Assembly: GCA_051859245.1 (NCBI GenBank)
Contig: JBHYGA010000001.1
Span: forward strand, 1 to 64,000
Source: Gemmatimonadaceae bacterium
GTDB taxonomy: Bacteria; Gemmatimonadota; Gemmatimonadetes; Gemmatimonadales; Gemmatimonadaceae
Direction: 5' to 3'
DNA length: 64,000 nucleotides
The notes beneath the pieces are model-generated. The model did no database searches. It was given only the letters and a program-made list of their open reading frames with translations, and was not told the DNA's origin. Positions 46,705 to 55,401 of this stretch are shown here, piece after piece. The position numbers and the translations under genes are program-made. Position 1 is the stretch's first letter, and every line of letters starts with the position of its first letter.

Positions 46705-48861
46705 TCAGTACTTCGCCAGCTCTACGTACGCCTGACGGAAGGTCTCAATCTGCGGAAGCGTCGCATCTTCCAGACTCGGTGCGTAACCAACGAACGTGTC
46801 TGTGCTTGCAATGCGCTTGACCGGTGCGTCGAGCCAGCCGAAACAATCGTCGGCAATGCGCGCCGCAATTTCGGCACCATAGCCCCACGACATGCTGTCT
46901 TCGTAGGCCACGATCACCCGACTCGTTTTCTTGACGCTGTTGTAGACTGTTTCCTGATCCCACGGCTGCAGCGTGCGCAGATCAATGACTTCAACAGACG
47001 GACCGCCTTCGTCGGCAATCTGATTGGCGGCAACGAGTGCACGCTGCACCGTGGCGCCGTACGTCACCAGTGTGATGTCGGTACCATCGCGCAGCACACG
47101 CGCTTTGCCGAACGGAATCATGAAGTTCGGGCCCGGATACGCGCCCTTGTTGTACGTCTGCCGATACAAATGCTTGTGTTCGAGGAAGATCACCGGATCT
47201 TCGCAACGAATTGCCGTCCGCAACAAACCGTTGGCATCCAACGCGGAGCTCGGGCACACGACACGCAAGCCGGGGCAGTGCGTGAAGAGCGACGCGCCAG
47301 TCTGTGAGTGGTACACGCCGCCACGGATGTAACCGCCGTACGTGGTACGAACGACCATCGGCGCACTGAACGCATTGTTCGAACGCCAGCGCATGGTCGC
47401 CAGTTCATCGCGGAGCTGCATGTACGCGGGCCAGATGTAGTCGAAGAACTGAATCTCGACGACTGGCTTGAAACCGCGGTGCGCCAGACCAATGGCACGA
47501 CCAATGATGTTGGCTTCCGCGAGCGGCGTGTTGAAGACGCGCGTGCTGCCAAACTTGGTCTGCAGCCCGTGCGTGACTTTGAACACGCCGCCTTTGCCTT
47601 TCACCTTGCCGAGATACTGCTCGCGAGACACGTCGGCCACGTCTTCACCAAAGGCCAGAATGCGCTCGTCGCGCTGCATCTCGTCGCGCATGCAGGCGTT
47701 CAGCAACTCCACCATGGTGGTGGGCTCGCCCGCGAACTGCGGATCATCCTCGGTATCGAACTGTTCACCCGTGGGATCCACATCAGGTGAATACACCGCA
47801 AAATGTACGGTGCTGCCATCGGGCTGCGACTGTGACAGCGCATCGTCGGTGGCCGCGAGCACATCAGCGTCCACCGATTGACGAATCGCCTCAAGTTCCG
47901 CTTCCGTTGCGTGGCCATTGGCAATCAGCCATTCGGGGAAACGCGCGATTGGATCACGTGCGATGTCGGCAGCGCGCTCTTCGTCGGGGCGATACATCAC
48001 CTCGTCGTCGGAGAGCGAATGCGAATACGGACGAATCACTTTCGCGTGTACCAAAGCGGGACCGCGACGTTCACGCGCATACTGCACCGCGCGCGCCATG
48101 ACATCGTACGACGCGAGCAGGTCGCAGCCGTCGACTTCCTGAATGTAGAGACCCGGGAAGCCGGTCACGAGCTTGGAGATCGAGCCGCCCGCCGTACCCA
48201 CTTCAACCGGCACGGAGATCGCGTAGCCGTTGTCTTCTACGAGATAGACCACCGGCAGCTTGAGATTGCAGGCGGTGTTGAGCGACTCCCAGAACTCACC
48301 TTCGCTCGTGGTACCGTCACCCGTGGTGACGAGTACCACTTCGTCGCCAGCAAATCCTTCGCTGATCTCCAACTGCTTGGCGCGCGTGACCGCTTCGGCG
48401 CAGCCCACGGCCTGCAGAAACTGCGTGCCGGTGGGCGATGACACGGAGACAATGTTGAGATCCTTGTGTCCCCAATGGCTGGGCATCTGCCGGCCGCCCG
48501 AGTTCGGATCGATCGCGGCACCAACGGCCGAATACAACATTTCATTGCCCGTCATGCCCAGCATCAGGCAGAGCGCACGGTCGCGATAATAGAGGTAGAA
48601 CCAGTCATGGGCAGGGCGCAGCAGCAGACCCGCTGCAGCGAGAATCGCCTCATGACCAGCGCCAGAGATCTGAAAGAAGATCTTGTTCTGCCGTTTGAGC
48701 TGGATCTCCTTGTCGTCGAGCCGGCGCGACAAATACATCATGCGGAACGCGTGGAGCAGCTGCTCGCGGGTGAGCGAGGCGGCCGTTTCCGGGGCGGACC
48801 CGGTGTTCTCGGGTGCCTCGGTGCTCTTGCGGGCGCGGGTCGGTCGAGCGGAAGTAGCCAT
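46705..48861 (-). CDS. 2-oxoacid dehydrogenase E1, fused alpha/beta subunits (likely branched-chain)
   Basis: [14 protein letters not shown]...N ThDP motif, [26 protein letters not shown]. Confidence 0.93.
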   Translation of the reverse strand: MATSARPTRARKSTEAPENTGSAPETAASLTREQLLHAFRMMYLSRRLDDKEIQLKRQNKIFFQISGAGHEAILAAAGLLLRPAHDWFYLYYRDRALCLMLGMTGNEMLYSAVGAAIDPNSGGRQMPSHWGHKDLNIVSVSSPTGTQFLQAVGCAEAVTRAKQLEISEGFAGDEVVLVTTGDGTTSEGEFWESLNTACNLKLPVVYLVEDNGYAISVPVEVGTAGGSISKLVTGFPGLYIQEVDGCDLLASYDVMARAVQYARERRGPALVHAKVIRPYSHSLSDDEVMYRPDEERAADIARDPIARFPEWLIANGHATEAELEAIRQSVDADVLAATDDALSQSQPDGSTVHFAVYSPDVDPTGEQFDTEDDPQFAGEPTTMVELLNACMRDEMQRDERILAFGEDVADVSREQYLGKVKGKGGVFKVTHGLQTKFGSTRVFNTPLAEANIIGRAIGLAHRGFKPVVEIQFFDYIWPAYMQLRDELATMRWRSNNAFSAPMVVRTTYGGYIRGGVYHSQTGASLFTHCPGLRVVCPSSALDANGLLRTAIRCEDPVIFLEHKHLYRQTYNKGAYPGPNFMIPFGKARVLRDGTDITLVTYGATVQRALVAANQIADEGGPSVEVIDLRTLQPWDQETVYNSVKKTSRVIVAYEDSMSWGYGAEIAARIADDCFGWLDAPVKRIASTDTFVGYAPSLEDATLPQIETFRQAYVELAKY

Positions 48862-49051
48862 GAGATCAGTCCCGTATCAGGTTCAGGGGTAGCCTCGTAA
48901 CGTAGTCAGGGCGAGGCACCCCGGGCCAGTCACCGCGCAAAGGTGTAAACTTCGCTTGACACCGGCTGTTGTCGCATGAATGCTGCGTGTGTCGGCTGCA
49001 TGCGAGAATTGTGGCCGCGAACTCACCTCCCCGACCCGAGAAGTGGCCCGT

Positions 49052-49540
49052 ATGCATGCTCCCGTTCATTCCACCGGTGTAACATCCAGCCAACACTGCA
49101 TTTTCTGCGACCTTATCCGCGGCGCGGCTGAGGTCTCCATGTGCTACGAGGACAGCAAAGTCATCGCCTTCATGGATATCCAGCCGGTAAACGCCGGACA
49201 CGTGCTGGTGGTGCCGCGGGAGCACTACGAAGTCTTGCAGGACATTCCGCGCGACGTCGGTGCGCATATGTACGATGTGGCGACGCGTCTCATACCCGTC
49301 GTGCAGAAGGTCGCGGGCGCCGAGGACATGAACATTGTCGTCAACTCCGGTGCGGCGGCTGGTCAGAACGTGTTTCACTACCACATCCATTTGATTCCGC
49401 GCAAAGAAGGCGACGGCTTTGATATTCCGTTGCCGTTTCCCGGCTCGGAGATGCCGAACCGACATCTGCTCGACGCGATGGCCGCGCAAATTGGCGCCGC
49501 ACTTCGCAACCGTGCATCGGGCAGCACCGCAAAGTCGTGA
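49052..49540 (+). CDS. HIT family nucleotide hydrolase
   Basis: CIFC, MDIQPVNAGHVLVVP, GQNVFHYHIHLIPR; start may lie upstream (48980 or 48989). Confidence 0.93.
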   Translation: MHAPVHSTGVTSSQHCIFCDLIRGAAEVSMCYEDSKVIAFMDIQPVNAGHVLVVPREHYEVLQDIPRDVGAHMYDVATRLIPVVQKVAGAEDMNIVVNSGAAAGQNVFHYHIHLIPRKEGDGFDIPLPFPGSEMPNRHLLDAMAAQIGAALRNRASGSTAKS

Positions 49541-49555
49541 CGTAGCTGTGCCCTC

Positions 49556-49594
49556 TTGACCGTTGTGGTGTAGTAGTCGTACAGTAGCGTGTAC
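49556..49594 (+). promoter_or_regulatory. Sigma70 promoter with a palindromic operator over the -10
   Basis: TTGACC(49556)-N18-TACAGT(49580); GTACA-N6-TGTAC at 49579-49594. Confidence 0.6.
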
Positions 49595-49635
49595 ACGTTG
49601 ACGCTGTCCCTTGCTCTCGCCAAGTCAGGAGGACG

Positions 49636-49722
49636 ATGCACACCCTTCGTGTTGTTCCCGCCGCTCGCCCCGCGCGAGGCTTCATTGCCTCTCGCGGGGC
49701 GTCTCTGTTAATGGCCCGCTGA
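49636..49722 (+). CDS. Putative 28-aa leader peptide MHTLRVVPAARPARGFIASRGASLLMAR
   Basis: AGGAGG at 49627-49632 precedes ATG 49636; TGA ends 1 nt before the HNH ATG. Confidence 0.45.
   Translation: MHTLRVVPAARPARGFIASRGASLLMAR
49666..49709 (+). terminator. Terminator/attenuator-like hairpin inside the leader ORF
   Basis: CGCCCCGCG-C-GAGGC-TTCATT-GCCTC-T-CGCGGGGCG followed by TCTCTGTT. Confidence 0.6.
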
Positions 49723-49723
49723 G

Positions 49724-50221
49724 ATGCGGCGCCCCGTGATGTCAGACCGCACCGGACGCAACAAAATCGCACGCGGTGAGCGACCGTCGAGGCGCGGAGC
49801 TGTACATGCCCGACGTGGTACCGCGCCATCCAAACACGTGCCGGTGCGACCGGTGATGATGGCCATGAAACGCGCCATGCGACGCGTGGCGCTTCGGGAC
49901 TGCGGACAGCGCTGCGTGTACTGCGCGTCCCCACTCGATACGCACAACGCCACGCTGGATCACGTGCATCCGCTGGCACGCGGTGGTACCCATGATTCAG
50001 CCAACGTGGTGGCGGCGTGTGGTCCGTGCAATCGCCTCAAGGGCGATCTGCTGCCGCAGGAGTTTTTTGCGCGGCATCCGTGGGCGGGCCACCACTTCAT
50101 TCAATACGCGCGGTCGGTGCACCGGGCGCTCAAGCGCATGGCACGTCGCGCGGTCAGTCTTGCCTGTGCGGACGAGGGACGAGAATTGCTGCGCCGTTCA
50201 CGGGATCGGTTGGCGGCGTAG
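49724..50221 (+). CDS. Small HNH endonuclease
   Basis: RDCGQRCVYC...TLDHVHPLARGG...NVVAACGPCNRLKG; basic N-terminus; start uncertain. Confidence 0.9.
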   Translation: MRRPVMSDRTGRNKIARGERPSRRGAVHARRGTAPSKHVPVRPVMMAMKRAMRRVALRDCGQRCVYCASPLDTHNATLDHVHPLARGGTHDSANVVAACGPCNRLKGDLLPQEFFARHPWAGHHFIQYARSVHRALKRMARRAVSLACADEGRELLRRSRDRLAA

Positions 50222-50273
50222 GCTTGGCGTCGGGGGGCTTCAGCGACTTGGGTGCGCTGTGCGTTATTGCTGA

Positions 50274-50810
50274 ATGTCGAACCCTCGCATCTGGAATCGA
50301 AAGCTGCATCGGTGGGGCGCAATCGCGGTTGCGCTTCCCTTCTTGATCGTGATCAGCACCGGGCTGCTACTGCAACTCAAAAAGCAGTTGGCCTGGGTGC
50401 AGCCGCCCGAGCAGAAGGGCGCGAGTGCGGCGCCTGCCGTGACCATGGAGGCCATGCTCGCGGCGGCGCGCAGCGTGCCCGAAGCTGGGATTACGGACTG
50501 GAGCGACGTTGATCGCGTTGATGTGCGTCCCGGCAAGGGGCTGATCAAAGTGATCGGGAACTCGCGCTGGGAAATTCAGCTCGATGCGAGCACCGGCGCG
50601 GTGTTGCAGACCGCGTATCGACGTTCCGACCTGATGGAGAGTCTGCACGACGGCTCATGGTTTCATCCACTCGCGAAGCTGTGGATCTTCCTTCCGTCCG
50701 GTGCGATTGTGCTCGGCTTGTGGGTCACCGGAATTTACCTGTTCCTGCTGCCGATCAGATCGCGACGTGCCAAGTCGCGTGGCGAATCGCTCAAACGAGG
50801 GGTCGCGTAG
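50274..50810 (+). CDS. PepSY-associated TM helix protein
   Basis: RKLHRWG...ISTGLLL; PepSY-like EIQLDASTGAVL; ESLHDGSW. Confidence 0.85.
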   Translation: MSNPRIWNRKLHRWGAIAVALPFLIVISTGLLLQLKKQLAWVQPPEQKGASAAPAVTMEAMLAAARSVPEAGITDWSDVDRVDVRPGKGLIKVIGNSRWEIQLDASTGAVLQTAYRRSDLMESLHDGSWFHPLAKLWIFLPSGAIVLGLWVTGIYLFLLPIRSRRAKSRGESLKRGVA

Positions 50811-50857
50811 CGGTCGCGCAGCAGTCGCGAGCGGCGAATTCCCCTCACGCGACGGGC

Positions 50858-51703
50858 TCAGTTGCGCACGGCGCGTTTCCGATCGCGAAGGCGCCACCAC
50901 ACCACGGGGAGCGCCGCGGCGATGTGCAGTCCGGCCGTGTACACGCGCCACCACACCACGATCTCGCCCGCATCGCTGCCCAGGTCGCCCGCCATGCCGC
51001 CCATGAGGCCAAGATCCACAATGCCGGCGCCGCCAGGGGTTGGCATCGCGATCTGGCCGTAGAGCATCGCAAACGAGGCAATCGCGAGCACATCGGGTGG
51101 TGGTGCATTGGGCACGGCCGACGCCAGCAATGGCAGCAACGCGAGACGCGTGAACACATCGACCACCGTGAGCGGCACGGTGCGCAGCGCCGTGGACACG
51201 CCCATGCCACGAACGAGTTGCAATCCTTCGCGCACTGATCGTCCTACCATGCGAGAATGACCTGGCGCGGCGCGACGTGCAATCAACACGAGCAGCCATC
51301 CCACAATGAACAGGCCGCCTACGTACTGCGTCATTTTTGTGGCCGTACTGCCGGCGTTCTTCAGTAACTCGATCCACTCAAGTCCGGCCGAGAGCGCGAG
51401 CGCTCCGCCGAGCACCGCGTACACCGGATACAACAGCAACGACTCTACGAGCAACACCGGAATCGTGATCATCGGCGGCGTGCCGATGCGCTGAAAAAAC
51501 GCGATTTGCGCGGGCAGTCCGCCAAAACGCAGGGGCGTCAGCGCCGCTGCGGCATCCCCCGCCAAATTCGCGGCCGCGACATCGGCAAAACTCGCGCGAT
51601 GTTTGAGCCCGGAAAAAATCACCTGCGTGCGCCAGGTTCGCACCGCCAGATTCAGTATCACGAGCACGACGCAGGCACCGTGTACCAACAGCACCGACGT
51701 CAC
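50858..51703 (-). CDS. Lysylphosphatidylglycerol synthase TM / flippase-like protein
   Basis: GTGA overlap with the GT stop; LTPLRFGG, PTPGGAG, WWR; multiple TM helices. Confidence 0.82.
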   Translation of the reverse strand: MTSVLLVHGACVVLVILNLAVRTWRTQVIFSGLKHRASFADVAAANLAGDAAAALTPLRFGGLPAQIAFFQRIGTPPMITIPVLLVESLLLYPVYAVLGGALALSAGLEWIELLKNAGSTATKMTQYVGGLFIVGWLLVLIARRAAPGHSRMVGRSVREGLQLVRGMGVSTALRTVPLTVVDVFTRLALLPLLASAVPNAPPPDVLAIASFAMLYGQIAMPTPGGAGIVDLGLMGGMAGDLGSDAGEIVVWWRVYTAGLHIAAALPVVWWRLRDRKRAVRN

Positions 51704-52782
51704 GACGTGCGACTCATCTCGCGTGGTGCGGTGGCGTGTGGAGCGTGCGCGCACAACGCGCGATACGCCTGGTGATGAGCACCGGCGATGGCGGGCCACG
51801 CGAAGTCGTCGAGTGGTGCAAGCGCAGCGCGCGGTGTTTCGCGGGCCCACACAATCGCGTCGCTCAAATGCGCACTGGTCAGTTCGCCATCGAAGCAGCG
51901 CACCCAATCTGCGCCAACGGCTTCCGCGAGTTCAGCCAGTGCGCCAAGGCGCGGCACCAGAACCGGTCGGCCGAGCGAGAGTGCAAGCAAGGCGCTGCCA
52001 CTGTTCAGAATTTCACGATATGGCAGTACCACCAGATCACTCGCCGTCAACGCGGTCGCGAGCTCCTTCTGACGTAAATGCCGGAGCTGCAACTGCACGC
52101 GTGCATCGCGCGCTGCGAGTGTCTCTATTTCCCCGCGGAGCGCCGTGGTCGCGGGCGCGCCAGTGATGACGCAGCGCGCCTGTCGATCCTGAACGCCCTG
52201 GAACGCACGCAGCAACGCCGGCACATTTTTATACGGGCGAATGCGCCCGCTGAACAACACGACCGGTGCCGATTGACTGAGACCGTACACATCGCGTGCA
52301 GCCGGCCGACTCCTCGTGGTCGCGTACTCGCTTCGATAATGACCGTGCGGAATGACCCACGACGCACGGCCCACGAGTTGCGGAAAACGCGACTCGGCCG
52401 CGGTCTGACCGGATCGGCTCAGATGAACAAACCCGTCGACCTCGTCCAGAAACTCGCGCCAGAACGCGTCTTCCAGCTCGGCGTGACGACCGTCGTGGGC
52501 GCGCAGGTTGTGTACGGTCCACACGAGCTTGATCCCGAGCCGCCGACCTTCCCGTGCCATGTGCAGCAGCGTGCGAGCGCGCCAGGCCGCGCGTGCCGCA
52601 CTCTTGCCGTTAAAACCATGCTCGGGCCAGTGTACGTGCCAAATGTCGCCCTGCGCGCGAAGCACCCGCCACGGCGCGGCCCCAAACACTTCGACTCCCT
52701 CGCGCTCCAGGTGCGTGTTGAGCAACCAGTTGTAGGGATTCCACCAACGATTGATCAACGCGGGTGACGCGAGTACGCGCAT
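51700..52782 (-). CDS. GT4 family glycosyltransferase
   Basis: HVHWP, WTVHN, IPHG, GRIRPYKNV, DLVVLPY...NSGSALLALSLGRPV. Confidence 0.9.
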   Translation of the reverse strand: MRVLASPALINRWWNPYNWLLNTHLEREGVEVFGAAPWRVLRAQGDIWHVHWPEHGFNGKSAARAAWRARTLLHMAREGRRLGIKLVWTVHNLRAHDGRHAELEDAFWREFLDEVDGFVHLSRSGQTAAESRFPQLVGRASWVIPHGHYRSEYATTRSRPAARDVYGLSQSAPVVLFSGRIRPYKNVPALLRAFQGVQDRQARCVITGAPATTALRGEIETLAARDARVQLQLRHLRQKELATALTASDLVVLPYREILNSGSALLALSLGRPVLVPRLGALAELAEAVGADWVRCFDGELTSAHLSDAIVWARETPRAALAPLDDFAWPAIAGAHHQAYRALCAHAPHATAPREMSRTS

Positions 52783-52920
52783 GCACTTGGGGCAGTGGTG
52801 GTCTGGGGCGACGGAACGGCGTCCCGTTGGGACTGGCACATGGTGTCACTGTCCACGCCATCGCGCCAGTGGGGGTGGCGCTCAGTTGGCAATTCGCGGG
52901 CGGCGGGTGAATGTTCGGGA

Positions 52921-53562
52921 ATGACCTCTGATCTCGTCTCCCGTCACCAGGCCACTCGCCTTGTGGGCACTCGCCGTACGGCGACTCGCCGAGCGCTGTT
53001 TCGCGCGATCGCCCTGTTTGCGGTTGCGTCAGTGTGCCCGGCCGTCGTGCAGGCACAGGCCGCGGTCCCGCCAGCCTTGCTGTTGGTCGTCCGCCACGCC
53101 GAGAAGGTGGACAACAGCGCCGATCCCGCGCTCAGCGAAGTCGGAATGGCGCGAGCGCGAGCGCTTGCCGAGTCGCTGATTGATGCAAAAGTCGAGCACG
53201 TGATTGTCACGCAGCGTCAGCGCACGCGACTCACGGCCGCGCCGACCATGAGCGCCCGCGGACTCACGCCGGAAGAGATTGGCTTTGGATCCTCGATGGA
53301 CGCACACGTGGCCGAAGTGGCCGCTGCCGCGAGGAAACAGGCGGGCAAGGTGGTGTTGATCGTGGGGCACAGCAATACGGTGCCGGCCATCGTCCACGCC
53401 CTTGGCGGCCCGAAAATGCCCGACCTGTGCGACGCGCGTTATGCGTCGTTGTTTGCAGTGGTTCCTGGAGCCGTTGGCACCGAAGCGCGCGTGGTCGTGT
53501 CGTCATTTGGTGTGCCGGACGCGCCAGGCGCGATGACCTGCGCGGGCATGGTGCCGCGCTGA
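52921..53562 (+). CDS. Histidine phosphatase (phosphoglycerate mutase/SixA-like), exported
   Basis: TRRALF Tat-like leader; VRHAE, RTRLTA, VGHSN. Confidence 0.88.
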   Translation: MTSDLVSRHQATRLVGTRRTATRRALFRAIALFAVASVCPAVVQAQAAVPPALLLVVRHAEKVDNSADPALSEVGMARARALAESLIDAKVEHVIVTQRQRTRLTAAPTMSARGLTPEEIGFGSSMDAHVAEVAAAARKQAGKVVLIVGHSNTVPAIVHALGGPKMPDLCDARYASLFAVVPGAVGTEARVVVSSFGVPDAPGAMTCAGMVPR

Positions 53563-54263
53563 TACTGCGGCGGATGCAGTGGCGGCTCCGGCGTGTGGCC
53601 GTAGTCGTGCGTTACACGCGGGTGCTCTGACGCGACGGCGGGATTGAGCCATTCAATGACCGCCGCCCACCCCAGTGATTCGGGGTCGTGCGCCAGATAG
53701 TTCGGCACCACGCCCAGCACGCGAAAGCCCTGACGAAGCTGAAAACTGAGTGTGGGATCACTCAATCGTGCGCTCACAATGCGATTCACGTACTCCTCGG
53801 CGGACAAACGACGCGCAACGCGGTGGTAGCCGCGCAACCGCGCGCCGGCGCGAATGCGGAGCAAGCCGAGCCGCTCTGTGAGTTCGCGTCGCGCGTGATA
53901 CAGCGCTTTGCCAATGCCCAGACCGCGTCGGCCCGGCATGACCATGACCTCTGCGCCGTACAGCGTGCGACCCTTGGCGGGATCGTGATTGCTGAATGAG
54001 CCGCCGGCGGTGAAGTCGCGCCATGATGAATGGAATTCGTAATCGTCCCACGCAACGATCAGGCTCGCGGCCATGCCCACAATGCCCTGCGTTTCCCGGT
54101 CAACCGCCACCAACTGCCCGTCAGGAAACGTGCGGAGATGGGCTGCGAGCTGCCGCTCATTCCACGGAGGCGAGCCAGGATACGTGGCCTCCGTGAGGGA
54201 AACAATGCCGGCGAAATCGGCAGGCGTTGTGTTGCGCACCTCAATGCGTCGGCGTGAACTCAC
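53439..54263 (-). CDS. GNAT family N-acetyltransferase (YhcX-like GNAT half)
   Basis: FPDGQLVA, HDPAKGRTLYGAEVMV, RRGLGIGKALY, DPTLSFQL, DPES.GWA..IEWLNP. Confidence 0.9.
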   Translation of the reverse strand: MSSRRRIEVRNTTPADFAGIVSLTEATYPGSPPWNERQLAAHLRTFPDGQLVAVDRETQGIVGMAASLIVAWDDYEFHSSWRDFTAGGSFSNHDPAKGRTLYGAEVMVMPGRRGLGIGKALYHARRELTERLGLLRIRAGARLRGYHRVARRLSAEEYVNRIVSARLSDPTLSFQLRQGFRVLGVVPNYLAHDPESLGWAAVIEWLNPAVASEHPRVTHDYGHTPEPPLHPPQYQRGTMPAQVIAPGASGTPNDDTTTRASVPTAPGTTANNDA

Positions 54264-55150
54264 AACACCACCAGTTGCGGTTCTGCGACCAGCGCGGAGG
54301 TGCGCTCGCTATCCAGCAGCGGGAGCACGGTGCCTTCTTCACGACTGCGCCGAATGGTGTCGAGATTGAGATCGCCAATCACCATCATTTCCTGATTCAC
54401 ATTGCCTTCGGCGAGAATCCCGTCACGCGCAAACGGAAAATCACTCGGTGTCAGAATGGACGCGAGACCGTAGTTGAGCGACACCGCCGGCACCTGCGGC
54501 AGCGATCCCACCGTGCCCGCATTGATCACGTACATCTGATTCTCAATTGCGCGCGCGTGTGCGCAGTAGCGCACGCGCCAGAATCCCTGTCGATCATCAG
54601 TGCAACTGGGCACGCAGAGGATATCGGCACCAGCGCGCGCCGCGGCACGCGCAATTTCCGGAAACTCCACATCGTAACAGATGGCCACGGCAAACTTGCC
54701 GAATGGCGCCTGAAAAATGCGCAGCTGTGAATCGGGTGACACGTGCCATTCGTCGCGCTCGAAGCGCGTCATGTGCAGCTTGCCCTGCACGCCGCGCGTG
54801 CCGTTCGGGCCGAGCACATAACTGTGATTGCGCACCACATCCGGATTCTTCGCGTCGCGTTCCGGCACCGTACCGGCAACTACGTACAAACCATAGCGCT
54901 GCGCGCACGACGCCATCAGCTCAATGACCGCCGGCGACTGATCCGCAAGCGTGCGGATTTGTTCGCGCATGGGCCGGCGCGTGTCGCCAAGCGTGAGCAG
55001 CTGCACACAGAAATATTCTGGAAACACGACCAGCTGGCAGCGATAGTCAGCGGCGGTTTGCAACAGTGCGTCTACCTGATCGCGGAACTGGTCAAATGTT
55101 GCGACCGGTCGAATCAGATATTGCAGCGCTGCGACACGAAGTCGCTCCAT
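54260..55150 (-). CDS. Carbon-nitrogen hydrolase (nitrilase family)
   Basis: VFPEY, QGKLHMT, ICYDVEFPE (E-K-C triad), ARAIENQ; GGGAGG SD. Confidence 0.93.
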   Translation of the reverse strand: MERLRVAALQYLIRPVATFDQFRDQVDALLQTAADYRCQLVVFPEYFCVQLLTLGDTRRPMREQIRTLADQSPAVIELMASCAQRYGLYVVAGTVPERDAKNPDVVRNHSYVLGPNGTRGVQGKLHMTRFERDEWHVSPDSQLRIFQAPFGKFAVAICYDVEFPEIARAAARAGADILCVPSCTDDRQGFWRVRYCAHARAIENQMYVINAGTVGSLPQVPAVSLNYGLASILTPSDFPFARDGILAEGNVNQEMMVIGDLNLDTIRRSREEGTVLPLLDSERTSALVAEPQLVVL

Positions 55151-55257
55151 GCAGAGCCTCCCTTGAATGCGAAAGGCGATCCGCGCGCGCAATGTGATGG
55201 AACCGCCAAAGACATAGTTAATACACGCGACAAGCGATGGTGTTCCGTATCACCAAT

Positions 55258-55271
55258 AGGTCACGTGACCT
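55258..55271. promoter_or_regulatory. Perfect 14-bp palindrome in a divergent intergenic region
   Basis: AGGTCACGTGACCT. Confidence 0.45.
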
Positions 55272-55401
55272 GAGTGTCTGGTGCTCGCACGTTGCGCTAC
55301 GCGGTCGTAGGTCAGTTGACATAGGTGCGCAAGTCGTAACGCGCGTAGTGTTGGCGTCATCCCGAGCAACCTGACTCGTCAACACACAAGCTGAGGCATC
55401 C

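Noticed and set aside
46705..48861. Fused E1 alpha/beta dehydrogenase as a novelty
   Set aside because: Such fusions are well known in several bacterial phyla.
49724..50221. IscB/Cas9-like RNA-guided nuclease
   Set aside because: At most 165 aa, with no RuvC motifs or PLMP domain.
55316..55350. Perfect TTGACA upstream of the lipoprotein gene
   Set aside because: No acceptable -10 element at 16-18 bp spacing.
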